A stretch of DNA of 64,000 bases. Origin: Ramazzottius varieornatus. Lineage: Eukaryota; Animalia; Tardigrada. The notes below the pieces were generated by a model, which saw only the letters and a program-made list of their open reading frames with translations, was not told the origin of the DNA and did not search any database. Position numbers and translations under genes: made by a program. Below are positions 24,660 to 37,716 of this stretch, piece after piece (position 1 is the stretch's first letter; every line of letters begins with the position of its first letter). The stretch is from NCBI GenBank assembly GCA_001949185.1, contig BDGG01000012.1, positions 116,973 through 180,972 on the forward strand, read 5' to 3'.

Positions 24660-26475
24660 ATGAAAGAACTCTCCGGGTCTCCCCTAGAAATCCAGGGGAT
24701 GGAGTTTGACCTAAAAAGTGAAGATACGATTTGGGAAATTACAGTACTGTAGGAGTGGAGAGAAGAGAGGAGAGAAGTGGAGAGTCTTCTGGATCAGCTA
24801 CAAAAAGTCCCTTCACGTTCTACATGTACGGGAGCCTCTGAACTCGCGGATATAGAAGATCGAGGAAGAAGCAGGCGAAACGTCGCTCCGCGTGATCCTG
24901 AAAGCAGGAGTGCAAGATTCGGTATTCCGGATTCTGGTAAGTGAAACTCTGTGCTTTTGCGATTTACAACGTGCCAAGTTAGAAGGTTCATGTGATAGGG
25001 GAGCTTGGGGCGTGCTAGAAGTTGTGCTGGAGGCCGCGTTCATCTTTCTCAGTTCCTTCTTGGACCCCGGGACTGCTGAGCTTGCTGTAGGACGTCGTCG
25101 TTAGTTTGCAGAGCAGTGTAGAATAACTATCGGAGTGCGCGATATGAATTACATTGGTGGAGGAACCAATCTCTCCTACAAAAATCGGGCGTTTAACTCC
25201 GCGCTGCGTGAATCCCAGCTGCCAGACGCACGACCGTTTGTACCACCAAACCCTAATGATCCGCTTCAAGAAGACTTCACGGACCAGGTGCGTGTGTGCA
25301 TTTTGGCAAACAGCTTTCCATTATTAGGAATGACTACGTTTATTTTCCTCTTCTAATTCTAGTGTCGACTGTGGAGTCCAGAATGTCTTCCAAGGATCAC
25401 GAAAGAAGCTGAAAGTCTAATCGAAGACTCTGCCTGTGCGGGGTACTCGGAAGACCAATCGCTGGCCGTATTATGGGTTAGCAAGTTCAACGTCAGGGTC
25501 GCCCGTGAGCGCCTCAGCAAATTCCGGAGTGTTTATGTTCCCAACTTCTCTCCCGCACAAGTGGAAATGTTCGACGAACTGATGGGTTCGTCCTTCGGCA
25601 AGAAATTTCATTTGTAAGAATGTTCCAAAATATTCAGTCGCCGAGATAAACGAAATTTATCTCCACGATTTCCTTTCTGATATTCCTCAAATGTCAGTGT
25701 TCGCGTTATTTCTTGGAGGTATCGTCAGCATCCCGTGATGGCGAGCCTGACCGTCAAAGAGTTAGTGAACTACTACTATTATCAGAAGCAGCAAAAGAAA
25801 CGACACAACCTCACAGACTACTTCCTGGATCGCTCAGTTACCTCCATGATTAGGCAGCGACTCGTCATAACGGACAAGCTAAAAGATCTTCGATTCTCTG
25901 TGGCCATTCGAGACCCCGAACAGAAGCTCAGATGTATAGGTTGCTATAAACGTCGAGGGAATATGTATAGGTACGATTGAAGTCAGTAGAAATCCCGATA
26001 GCTTACTTCGATGGTCTATGTGACATGTTACGTAATTTTTTTATGTCATATGCTTCTTGTTCGTGTCAGTTAACGTTGTCATGTCATATAACATTACACG
26101 ATGTATCGTTGCAGGGCGCAGAATAACGGTCAAGAAATTCAGCTCTGCGCCGGATGCTTTTCCCACTACCGCACCAACAAGAAACTTGCCAACGCTCCTC
26201 CCGTGGAGAAGATCGAAGTACCCTTCTCAAGTCCGGAAGAGCTGAAGGCACGTGCTGGAGCGACGGATGAGGAAACTTGTACGATCACCGTCAAAGCGCG
26301 ACATACGGGTCTTTGCCGTAAGTACCGTCGGGAAGTCCAAATATTGTCGGAAGCGCGACGAATCGCCCCTTCCGCAGCGGAGGTTAACGCTATCTTGACC
26401 GAAATAGATAATATTTTACAAATGGATCCACCCAGTGTGCCGGCAAATACTCCTTCAGTCATAACTATAGACTGA
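24660..26475 (+). CDS. ELM2-SANT protein with GATA-like zinc finger (MTA/RERE/CoREST-related); 5' exons uncertain
   Basis: LWSP...YSEDQSLAVLW (ELM2); FGKKFH...LTVKELVNYYY (SANT); CIGC...LCAGC finger. Confidence 0.7.
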
Positions 26476-27035
26476 ATGTTTTCTTACCAAAAATTTTTCC
26501 GTTTTCTTGACTGCGGCATTTATCTTCGATTAGTTTCAGTCTCACTGATAGTTTTCCAGATGTTGACGACTACCTCTTCTCTTCTGCGATACGACATACG
26601 CGAATTTACTTTGTCCTTAACTTATTCTCCTCATTTGTAACATGACTGTTTTTTAAGGGACGTAGCTCTTTGCATATACAGTGCCAACCTTTCCAGTACC
26701 GTGGAAGTTCTGTAGCCAGAACTGTTCAAACCATAACAAAATCACGGTCACGGTTGGGGAGTCGAGTCGGCTTCCGACGGCCTTCCGTGCGGGCATGTCA
26801 ACAGATTATCCAGTTTATTCTGCCCTTTCCCAAAAGCATCATTTTCGGATTAGTCGCGGTGGCGTGACTTCAAAAGGATGTGTGAACCTTCAAAAGGATC
26901 TGTTACCGGTATTCGATCGCCTTGGAAAGTGTCCCAACGGCCAGTGAGGTATTCATTCAGTTTACTGTTTGTCGACGGAGACATAGGAATATTGTGGAGT
27001 TTTCTTACCGCTGAGGGGAAGTTGGACATTCGATC

Positions 27036-30000
27036 ATGCAGACTGTGCCGGACGTCACGTTGGTCACCTATGGGTCGATGGTGCCACTCTACCTGGCAGC
27101 TCTAGTTTTCAATCTCCCAGCAATTGAGATTGCCCTGGAAGACATCCGGGTCCGCTATCCTTTACTCCATTTCGACCTGGTAGTTCTGTCTAAGCAGGAC
27201 AACGTTTTGTGCGAAGACCTCGTAGCCAGCACCTACCTGGTGTCTGAGTACTACAACCGGAAGTGGGACCGAGAGAGCATCTTTACCATCCTTTTCAGCT
27301 CAGGTACTTCGTCGGTCCACATGGTCAGTCCTTTCTCACGATTCTCTCTGATTCGCAAACTAAATTTTGATGCTGTAGGATGTAACGAAGTCTACTCGTT
27401 GGCCCATCTGAGTCGAGGTATGAATTGGGCGGCCGGCAAACAAACCATACAAGATTGTCAGCCCAAGTGGCGCACGCCAGCAGCTAATAACAGTAATAAA
27501 GTGCGCCACTTGAGATAATGCAGTTGTACGTTGAAGCCTGTTGTCTGCCAACTTTCCAACTGAGTTTTGCGAGAAGTTCCAGGATACGGCACGTGTATTT
27601 GAAATGTGACGAGGAAAGTTTGTTATCGTTTCAGAGTGGAATACCTTGCTGTTGTCGACCGGAGTGGGTTTCTCCGACCTCCGGGACAAAGCAGCGTTTC
27701 CCACCACCCTACTCTTCAACGGGTCTCCGCAATTCGACGACTTTGCCGAAACGTTCTTGGCCCTGTGTTGGCGGTACTCGTGGACCAGCGCCGTCATCAT
27801 CTACAACGAGACGGACGGCAACCCCTTCTATCGGAAAATGACCGAAGCCATCAAAGCGCGGACGGAAACTGCCACGTCGAACGTCACAGTCTTCACCTTT
27901 CCTCAAAAGTCAAGGAAGTTCGTGAACGCTTCCGAAGAAGTCTTTGCCACAATCCTGCGCACAGCGAGAGCCGAAAGCCGAAGTAAATCTCGCAGCAAGT
28001 CCGAGTTCGAAAAGTACATGTGAGGTCCTCTAACGTCAGTTGCTATTTTTGTAGTTATCATGCTCGCCTTGTATCCCACTTATGTTAGGCAATTTATGGT
28101 AAGAATCCTATTTCGATTACAAGTAACGACAAAGGTTATTCGTCTCTACCCTGCTCACTCCTCAGATCGTGGCACACAGTATGAATATGACCGCTGGAAA
28201 TTTTGTAAGTAGGAAATTCTATCGGGTCGTCTTGGTCCTGGGACAGCCATTTCCGAATTGCTCAATCTTTCTACAGTTTTGCTGCAGTGGAGCTAAAGAG
28301 CGGCTTGAATTTTAGGTGTTCTTCCACTGTCAAGCCATCGAGAGCGTTCGGCGATTCGGTTTTCTGGCCTGGGACAACAACGATGAACACGATCATGTTG
28401 CACGCGAAGCATACCGGACTATATTCCAGCTATCGGGCGGATGCCACATGCGACAGGCGGATTACCGCTCGAAGCAACAGATCGTGAACAGGATCAAGAG
28501 CCGCACCATCCAGAAATATAATATCACCTTCCTGCCCAGAGAGCAGGTAAGCTTCGGTCTTGTCCCTACGGACTCTAATTGCTTCTGGTGGGTCCGAATT
28601 CGCATTCCGATAATTACGATAATTATCATGTGTTTTGCGACACACAGGTCAGCGACTTCGTGCTGTCAGCATACAACGCATTGCTCTTCTACGCCCAAGT
28701 GCTGAACGAAACATCGAGGTTACCTCAGCCTGACTACAGCGGTGAAGTCATCGCGAAGAAGTCCTGGAATCGGACATTCACCCTACCAAGCGGACCTGTC
28801 AGTTCCTGCACCAAGTCATCAGTTGGCAGCTCGGCAAACGAATTCGACAAAATTGCTGTTCCAAGTGGCGCATGTAATCAGTGTTGTTGGCTGACAACGT
28901 GCGTTACTTGGTAAAGCGATCTTGTCGAGTTTGTTCGGCCAAGTCCCAGTTTTCTGATCTTATCGGTGCCTGAACGACCCATTTTAATGGTCCGACAGGT
29001 GTATTTGGATAGTTCTGGAGAAAGACTATGGGACATTTGCGTCCGAGGTTTGCAAAAAAGCAGCTGGGACTTTGAGCCGGTCATGCGGTTCAGTACGCAA
29101 AGGCGGCGTTTGATCGACCACCGAGAGAACACGATTGAATGGCCCGAAGACTACTCTTGGCCTCCACCCAGCTCCCCGAAAACTCTCCTATCAAACAAGG
29201 AAGCGCTGGTATGGAGTAATCAGCTACCCGTTACCACAGCAGTCGTTCTGTTGTGTGTGGCGCTGTTGGTTCTGGGCATGGTCGTATCCACGGTTTGGTA
29301 CGAAGACTTAATAGTTTCAAAATAATACAACGATGCGTAGCCCGTACATAAGTCTTGCTCCCTGTTTCTATCAGGTTTCGAGAAAAGCACGGTCTACCTC
29401 GAGGCGATAGGTGGTGGAAGATACACAGGCACGAGATCGCCACCAAGGACGGAAGCGACGGGTTGTGCGCTTTTGTGGGTATTGTATACGGAGAGCAGAC
29501 ACTGTCATGGAATTTTCCTGGATGACACTCGATGGTGAGGTTATCTCATTGTTGAACCCCGTTTCAGATCCACAGCGAGGCTGAGGAGACGGTTGAATCT
29601 GGCTGGGGCCAGCAATGCTTCTACAAGGATAAGTTAGTGTCTTTGCGTCGCATTTCTACTACAGAAGACTTTCCTCCCAGCCGTTCGGCCCTCCGTCTGT
29701 TATGGCAGGTGCCAGCTGTGTAATGTTCACATCTCCCATCCGGGGTTAGCCCACTGATCAACGCCATTTTTTCTTCTAGATTCAAAGCTTAGACTGTACC
29801 AACCTGACAAAACTGTACGGCCTCTGTCTCGGCCACGATGAGCTCTTCTTTGTCTACGAAAACTGTGAGAAGGGCAACCTGATGAAACTACTGCAAACTT
29901 CCGCCTGTCACAACCCGGAAATCAAGTTGACACTGACGAATGACCTGATTGAAGTATGCCGTTTAACCTGTGCCCCTGTATCCGACATGCAAGAATGCAG

Positions 30001-31609
30001 AGTTCTGCTCTATGGGAAAACCGTGAAGCCATAAAGGCTGACACTGCTTTTCTTTACAGGGATTATACTGCATACATAACTCTATCCTTCTCCGGCACGG
30101 CTTCCTAAGCCCTTACGTGTGCAAGATTAACAAGAGATTTACTTTGAAAATCACCGATTACGGCATTTACGACATCGGTCACACGGTTGGCAGTCAGTGG
30201 GAAGACAAGGATCGTCAGCGGGAAGTCAACATCGACGCTTACGTCGCTCCCGAGTTCAAGACCTTCCCTTACACAACCTACAACCTCATTATCCTGGCTG
30301 AGAACGGCAGTGCCAAGGCCGACATGTACTCTTTCGGTGGCATCCTCGCTGTTCTGTTTGACGAATGCCAGCGACTTGGTGTACCTTATGATTTGGCCGA
30401 TCCATGCTGGTTCGTTCAGCGTCTGATTCCTGCATGTCAAGAACTGGTTCCATCGAGGCGACCGAGCATCGCCCGTATTAGGGAAAAGTTTCAGGAATTT
30501 ATAGGGCCAGATAAACATGACTTTCTAGATAAGATTCTGCAAAGGTTGGAACGGTTCGTCAACGAACTGGAACAAACGATCGCCAGGAAGACAGCCGACG
30601 TCTGCTACCAGAAAAATATTCAAGAGCGACTACTGTCCGCTATGCTTCCACCGTTAGTCAAACGTCTTGAACGTCTGTACTACGAACAATCAGCTATGAG
30701 ACTCGTTGCTGCAGATTCGTCCCCAACTGTCGTGAGCACGCGCTCGGCTTCGAGCCTGTCCCTTTCGACGACCTAACTGTGCTTTCCTGCATTTTCCTGA
30801 CTGGCGTCAACGTGCAGAAAGAGGCTTCTCCGTCCAGCCTTTTCGACGATTTGTACGACATGGAAGTCATGATGGACCGTGTCATGGATTCCCACGATAT
30901 CACCGTTATCGAGACCCATTCCAGTTGCCTGCTCGTACGTCGAAACACCGGCTGACTGTTTTTATTGTTTCATCCGAGCACACCAATTTCTTTTTCTTGA
31001 GATTGCTGGTGGCCTCTCGACGGATGCCTGTACAAATCGTCACGCGGTCCGAGACGTCAGTGACGCTGCGGTCCAAATGAGGGAAGAACTCCAAGGGGCT
31101 AACCCTTCTCTGGCTTTCCATGTCCGCTTCGGGATGGATACTGGTATGAAGGAGTGTGCAAAAACATCCGCTTTCCGTGTTACAATTAATGAATTTGTTG
31201 CAGGACGATGTTTGGGCGCGGTTGTTGGCAAAAAGAGACCTCACTACTGCTTGTGTGTCACAGCATTTTGTATTGTGTTCAAGTTTCCAAAAAAGTCATC
31301 CCGCCGAGTTCTAGAGTCACGGATGTTTCTTGTAGGATAGGCGTCAATGTGGCACACGCAAGATTCCTGGCGGCGCACAGCAAGCCCATGAAGATTCACC
31401 TCAGTTCCGCTACAGCCGCCATGCTGTCATCGCAGACCAAACAGTTCCGTGTTGTGCCCCGACCACGCCGGCCCAACGAAAAGATAGTAAGTAACCCTTG
31501 TTGACCGAAACGAGTCAGCAATATGCATGGACTAAGGGCTTCTTCGCTGCAGGAGCAAACGTACTGGATGGAAGCACATGTGGACCCTGATGAATTTGCC
31601 CCTTACTAA
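27036..31609 (+). CDS. Receptor guanylate cyclase-like protein (ANF ectodomain, TM, kinase-homology domain, degenerate cyclase domain)
   Basis: PAIEIAL ectodomain start; TM AVVLLCVALLVLGMVVSTVW; LKITDYG, YVAPE, ADMYSFG; coiled-coil LLSAMLP; GAVVGKKRPHYC; many short GT-AG introns. Confidence 0.85.
27427..27555. mobile_element. Palindromic family A (rGC intron)
   Basis: ccaagtggcgcacgccagcagctaataac...gtgcgccacttg. Confidence 0.75.
28825..28948. mobile_element. Palindromic family A (rGC intron)
   Basis: gcagctcggcaaacgaattcgacaa...ccaagtggcgca...ttgtcgagtttgttcggcc. Confidence 0.75.
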
Positions 31610-31697
31610 GCTCCCAAGTTTGCTTTGATTTCGCAGGAAGTTAGTTTGTTCGATGTTCATGTAACTGTATTACGCTGCACAGAACCGAGACAAGATG

Positions 31698-33775
31698 TTA
31701 GGGATGAGTAGCTGACCCAAGCTGGAAAGTCTCTTGACTCTCCGTTTTATCAGGTAAACTAACGATAGAAGCTTCACTGGGCTCGGAAATCAAGCTAGGC
31801 GAAATATGTCTAGCCCAGAAAGGTAGCTCAGTCTCAAATTTCCAGCTAGGTCCTTGATACTTCCAGGCATGCAGATCTATGCGTTGGTCTTCGTCCTTGG
31901 GGTCCTCGAACTTGACCCAACATTCTGGGCACTTTGGGTCCACCCATGGGTCGTCGGGTAGCTTGTCCAACTTGAAATGCTTGGTCCGCTGGCATTCTTC
32001 AGGGAAATCAGTAAAGATGTCATTACCTACTGGATCTATCTTGTCTTTCCCAGTGTACAAGGCATTGGCCCCGTACACTGGGTCGTTCACAATCGGGAAA
32101 CCAATATACTGCAACAATAAAAGACACCGTCAACACTGCATTCATGATGCAACGCCATCTCCAATGCTCAGGCCAGAGTGTATCGGAATACTGTTGCCAC
32201 CCAGTTGAATGCTTCCTCGAAACTTCCCACAAATAAAACAGATGGAAGCTCGGCCACAGACTCGATCAGATCATTTTTCAAAGTGGCGCACTTTTCTAGT
32301 GTTTTCGGCTGAGAGCGTGCGCCACTTGGGATCTCAAAAAGATCGCTTTCTGAAAGTGGCGCACGCTTCCAGCCAATAACTTCAGAAACGTACGCGACTT
32401 GGGAGAACGATGTGATCGAGTTTCTTTGCCGAGCGCTCAGATAACTTTTGGTCAAGTTTCTCATTTTACCTGTAAATGGATGCGAATCTGGTGAGTTCGT
32501 CCCGTTAGCGGTTTACATTTCACGATAGAAGTGTTTTTCGCTTCGTCATAGTACAAACTGTGGAACTCGGTAGTGCAAGGCCGTCCAGTGTCCCGCACTT
32601 GGTAGATGCCGGCTCGAGGATTCACACAGTCTATGGGTTCGTTGCAGAGGACCGTCTCCGTCGGGAACCGACCGTGTACTTGAGCCAGGTACTCTTTGCG
32701 AACTACCCGCTCAGTAATCTGGTCGTGGACACTCTGTGCTGCGGAAAGGTTCTTGGCGAAGATCAGCAGACCGGATGTCAACCGATCGAGACGATGCGCC
32801 TACCAGAAAAACATAGTTGAAAATACGAGCACTGTATTCTGGAGAGTAATCGTCATTCGCCAACAAAAACGCTAGTCAAAATTTGGAACTAACGACTCGT
32901 AGGTTCCTTCTTCCGAACTCTGAAGCTAAGATGTATATGACGGAGTTCATGCGGAATCTTCCGCAAGGATGACAAGGAATGGAAGCGGGTTTGTCGATGA
33001 CTAGCATATCATCGGTCTCCGCCACGATTCTAAAACACGACGGGAAGACTATAAAAACTAGGAAACGTGAATTTTTTTTTTCTTACTTAAGAGGTCGAGC
33101 TGTAACGGGACATTCATGCCGGTGGGTGTAATTGGCGATGTAGTCGTTGTCTGGAAAAAGAAAAGAATCACTGCGGTCAGTGAAGACACCGATAGAGTAT
33201 TATTTACTTTTGATTTTGTGGGTGAGTTGCGTTCGAATTCCGTTCACGAAGATGTTGACAGAGTCAGCGCTGATCCTGGCTTCCGTAACGTCTTTGTTGA
33301 CAGCAAAGAACTCATCGCGGAAGATATCCTCAAGCGTTCGACCAAGCCACCTGCCTTTGGCGTACGTCGTCCATGTGAAGTAATATGGCGTCACTTTGCG
33401 CAGACCATTCTCAAAGTAGTACTCGGCGTCAGGAGGTATAATCAGCTCTGTCACCTCCTCCGAAGTAGCTTGTCTCTTTCTACGGAAGGGAACCGTGAGG
33501 TCGGGACCGAGAGGACGCTTGCGACTTGTTATGGACGATGAAGCCGGTGTGGCGTCTTCGGCTGAACTTGAAGGCTTGTCGATCCCAGGTTCGGGACACG
33601 CCGCTACGTCAGGAAGCACGATAGGTTCCGTGACTGGCTCGGGTATGGTCACTGGAAGCGGAGAAGCCGAGGTGGCCATCGAAGACAGGTGACGGGGAAC
33701 GGAAGTCAGTCGGGTAACGGAATGACGGGAAAGATGGAGCAGCTGTTTAGAGAAGGCGAGCGCCCTGCAAAACAT
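31698..33775 (-). CDS. RPUSD2: RluA-family RNA pseudouridine synthase
   Basis: GLRKVTPYYF, KGRW, HRLDRLTSG catalytic motif, TGRTHQIRIHLQ, PIVNDPVY. Confidence 0.9.
32243..32438. mobile_element. Palindromic family A, dimer (RPUSD2 intron)
   Basis: Two aagtggcgcac...cactt/gactt hairpins within one pair of outer arms. Confidence 0.8.
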
Positions 33776-34055
33776 CGAGAACAAGCACGATTTTTCCAGC
33801 TCAAGGATTAAAGCCGCACTTCCGAACTAGTGATCCGCTGTCAGGGAAAACATGATCCACATGAGCACTGAGAAGAAAGCAGGAGGAAACCATTATTCAT
33901 CCGAACTTGCGAAGAGTAAAGACTCGACCGGAAATGACATGGTGTGTTATACATTTCGTAATATCATTACTAATATGTTCAGCACGTAATATGACCTTGC
34001 ACGGTAAATTCCAGCTTTGATTGATTGATTCTAACACTCTGATTAGCACGATGGC

Positions 34056-34352
34056 CACTGTAGTGCTACTGAACCGCGCGTTGCCGGGACCAGAAACGCA
34101 CAATCAAGCTCTTGATTGTGTACGTCAAAGGCGATAGTAGGCTGGGACCAGTGCTTAGCCAGTTGCACCAGGGAATCCATTCAAAGACGTGCGAGACAAA
34201 AAGGCAAGCACTGCAAGACTCGATTCTGAATACTCCTTTATCCAGTGCCAGCGCCTTGTCGTGTGGGACAGCCTGTACCACGACAAAGCGAATTTTATGG
34301 TAACCTGGTCTCAGATGGACGCGCGGTTCAGGCGTTCAGCAGCACTACAGTG
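34056..34352. mobile_element. Putative MITE with imperfect TIRs in the divergent promoter
   Basis: cactgtagtgctactgaaccgcgcgt versus acgcgcggttca[8-nt insertion]gcagcactacagtg. Confidence 0.55.
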
Positions 34353-34461
34353 ACGATGGCTGTAAAATTTTTCCCGTTTTGCAAGGCAAAGCAAGCGTCC
34401 AGCAGTCCAACTGTCCAAGAGATCCCCGTATCTTAGTCTTACTTGCAGTTCACTGGAAACT

Positions 34462-36368
34462 ATGAACGGAAACAGGCAGTTGTCTTTCGCGGCGGCGCTA
34501 GCCGATATTTGCATTCGGGACGAGCTGGAGCCCGAATATGAGCTGATCAAAGTGGAAGGACCATGCCACGATCCCGTCTTCGTCATGAGAGGACGTGTGG
34601 GCGAATACTCCGCCGAAGGCAGAGGACAAAAAAAGCAGACAGCAAAGCAAGAAGCTGCCAAACAGATCTTGCTGCAGATGGGAGAGCTGAAGCTGGAAGA
34701 CTTGAAACAGCTGGAGAAAACTGAGACGTACGAGACAGCCAAAGTCATCGGGAATATCGTCGATGAGTCTTTCAACTCGTTTCGCCATGGTACAGGATTC
34801 ACACCGTACGTTGATTTCTCTGACAAACTAGTACCTGAACTCACTATCATGATGTTTCAGAATTGACGAGGACAAAGAGAAGAAGAAGTGCGGATACACA
34901 CCAATTCCTGAAGCAAATTCAGTCAATCCACTGGGAGAGTAAGTGCCACTTCCTTTCGCGCAGTGATATCATAAGTTATTGCTTATTGGTCCAGCAAATC
35001 TTTCATAATGCGCGAGTTTGTCGGGGTCGTTTCTCCTGAATCAGCTGACACCCGTTGTCTTGCATGAACCTGCATACTGCGGTACGATCAAAATTCCACG
35101 TCCCGTACGCGAGAGGATGTTACGGGCATCCGTGTGCCATTCTTCTTCGACGACTTTTCGGTTCAAATAAATTTTCGAGTATGGCTTGTGTGGAGGTAAT
35201 CCTGGGCTTAAGTTGATCTTTTTTCCCCAGCTTGATTGAGATGAGCCTAATCATGGGTTGGCCTCATCCTCGTGTCCTGGATGAACAACGAACCGGTCCC
35301 GCTCACGATCCTCGCTTCACAGTCTCCTGCATCTTCCACAAGTTCAAGACCTTCGCCACTTCCCGGTCCAAGAAGGACGCCAAACGTTTGGCGGCGGCTG
35401 ACATGCACGAGAAGATGCGATACCAGTCTGACATCATGTACAAGTACTCACTGCGAACCGGGAAACCTTTGGTATCATTTTCAACTTACATTTTCCCTCC
35501 CAACAATCTACAAACATCCTACTTTTTCTTGCAGGACGTTTCTGCAATCCACACTGATGACGCCGATTCGTTAGCCGATTCTCGTGCCGCCTTTGCTTGT
35601 CCCGCAGACTTTTGCTACAGTGGAGTACCCAGCGTCCTCCGAGTTGCTCAGTCGCACACCATCGACCTGTTGCTCAGAGAGATCAAGAACATTGAGGAGA
35701 TTGCTACTCCAGAAAGTGTTCTACGTAACGTCACTTCCGAATGCAGCTTCCAGTTCTGGTTCGAAACCCTGTGCGAAGATATGATATGGAGACCTGTCGA
35801 AGACGGTACATCTGTTGTTCCCCCACCCAAGCCTTTCTCCATGCCCTTCCACTCGGATTCCACTTCTCCGAACGAGCTCACCGACGACGAAGACCTCCAC
35901 GAAGAGTCTTCAGGTGAGAAATTTATTTTCATCGTTTACCAATCTTCGATCGGGAAGTCGGCAAATGGACGGACATAATCGTTACCTCATGCGGCGCACA
36001 CTTGCATGCAATGACGACGAGAACGTGGGCCACTTACGAAATCGGCAAGATCAGTTTCATCAGTGGCGCACCCATGCAGCCACCAGCGCCGGAAATGTGC
36101 GCCACTTGACGTGATGATCGTTGAAGTCTAGTTTGCCGGTCTCCCAAATCCTTACGCTTTATTTCGCTTCACAGACTCCGCTACCGTTCCTGCTCCTTCA
36201 ACCCTAGCTCCTGCCCACGATATTTTCTCCTCCATGTGTGTGGTCAAGTTTCCGATCAAGACGCCTGTTCAAGTTCTGGGCTACGGCATCACTGTGGAAG
36301 ACGCACGCCACGCTGCCGCCAGCAACGCTTTGAGATACACTTACCTGATGCTACGTAAAGACTTCTAA
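34462..36368 (+). CDS. Triple dsRBD protein, Loquacious/TRBP/PACT-like
   Basis: EGPCHDPVF...KKQTAKQEAA; GPAHDPRF...SKKDAKRLAA; third domain VLGYGITVEDARHAAASNALRY. Confidence 0.8.
35951..36145. mobile_element. Palindromic family A, dimer (dsRBD gene intron)
   Basis: gggaagtcggcaaa...agtggcgcac...gtgcgccactt...tttgccggtctccc. Confidence 0.7.
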
Positions 36369-36714
36369 CGCAACCAGCTGTCTTATTCATTTCTCTTTAC
36401 CAATCTTCGGCCCGTCTTGTTCCTCTTGCGACTGTTATTCAGTGTTTTATCTTTTATCGTGAAGCAGTTTTGGCATATAACATAGCTAGCGAGTTCAAGA
36501 CTCTAATCTCCATTTTCGTTTCAGACTTGGTACTTCTTTTCGTAACCAACAAAAAGAAACTCTAAAATTCTGAACAGAAATTCAGAGGGGATAAAACATG
36601 CTCGGATCAGCCTGTCTTCTCGATGTCCAGCAGACTCTAGCCTAGAAGAAAAAAAGCGAATGTCAGTCACAAGTCACACCAGCCCTTCGGAAGATGCAGA
36701 GAGAGTTTACAAAA

Positions 36715-36772
36715 TCAGACTGACTTATCTAGTCGTCATTATTTTTCACGATAGCGATTCTGAAAACATCCT
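36715..36772 (-). ncRNA. Box C/D snoRNA, 28S guide (yeast snR50/Gm867-like site)
   Basis: C AGGATGT, D' GTGA, C' TGACGA, D CTGA; guide tcagaatcgcta complementary to 28S UAGCGAUUCUGA. Confidence 0.65.
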
Positions 36773-36930
36773 TTGCCACAAACTGAACACTCAAATCCAC
36801 AAAACCAACTCACCTTTCGAAAGAACCTCCACATTCAAAAAGAGCTGAAGCAAGTATCCCTCTGCAAAAATGGAAGACAAGTCACATCAGTCCCTCTCGA
36901 CAAGGTAACCGTAACTTGATGCAAGTCTTC

Positions 36931-36988
36931 TCAGAAAACAACTACGTAATCACAACACTCATTTGAGGGAAAATTACTCTTTCATCAC
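36931..36988 (-). ncRNA. Box C/D snoRNA, probable 28S guide
   Basis: C GTGATGA, D' ATGA, C' GTGATTA, D CTGA; guide aattttccctca pairs with 28S UGAGGGAAAGUU (1 G-U). Confidence 0.7.
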
Positions 36989-37157
36989 CGGAGCCACACA
37001 CTTGAACACCGAGCTGGAACCCGACTCACCCAGATTTCGAAGAAGACTCCAAAGTCTCTCACTTCTGCTCCAGTCCGTACCTGCAAAAACACAAACGACT
37101 TGTGGAGTCTGTCACGAGCGCATCGTCGACAAAGTATTCAAAACTTCGAAGTTAAAA

Positions 37158-37232
37158 TCAGCAAGATTTCTCCACACGAGGTGTGAGCAAATGGGTACTA
37201 GCTCTTAAGAAGGATCTATTGGAAAACATCAT
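37158..37232 (-). ncRNA. Box C/D snoRNA, U62/snR41-like (18S Am590/Am541 site)
   Basis: C ATGATGT, D CTGA; 13-nt guide tccaatagatcct complementary to 18S AGGAUCUAUUGGA, followed by a degenerate D' (CTTA). Confidence 0.78.
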
Positions 37233-37395
37233 CGAACTTCACCAAAGTCTTTCGGTCTAGTTCCTTAAAACCTCACCTTACTCCACCGATCGACTCCAGC
37301 CAGCTCCTCCACTACACAACCTGCGAAAAGACAAACACCCGTTAGCAAGAGCCTCGCGAAAGCCGCAACTTGTCTACTAAGAGTGTCGGGATGCA

Positions 37396-37458
37396 TCAGC
37401 GAGCTGGATTTGTGTCGTCAGGTACTCAGACTAACAGGGAAACTAGTTTACTCATCAC
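37396..37458 (-). ncRNA. Box C/D snoRNA, double 28S guide (copy b)
   Basis: C GTGATGA, D' CTGA, C' TGACGA, D CTGA; guides ttccctgttagt and aatccagctc target 28S ACUAAUAGGGAA and GAGCUGGGUU. Confidence 0.85.
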
Positions 37459-37651
37459 TCACACCGATATTCGAAGAGCCTTCCCCCAAATCCCCACTGC
37501 AAGTCGAACTTACCTCAGCTACTCAACGCTAAACGGAGGAATCGCCAGCCCCAAGTAACTTCTGCAAAAACACAATCCAAATTACAGAAGACTACTACCT
37601 AAAGCCAACTCTTGCGGTATTGCGGTACTATTCTCCATCGGTATCGGTCTG

Positions 37652-37716
37652 TCAGCGAGCTGGATTTGTGTCGTCAAGTGTTCTCAGACTAATAGGGAAA
37701 CTGTTTTGCTCATCAC
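37652..37716 (-). ncRNA. Box C/D snoRNA, double 28S guide (copy a; D guide snR69/Cm2948-like)
   Basis: Paralog of 37396-37458; D' guide ttccctattagt perfectly complementary to 28S ACUAAUAGGGAA. Confidence 0.87.

Noticed and set aside
37396-37716. CRISPR-like direct repeats
   Set aside because: Only two copies, in a eukaryotic context with no cas genes; explained as duplicated snoRNAs.
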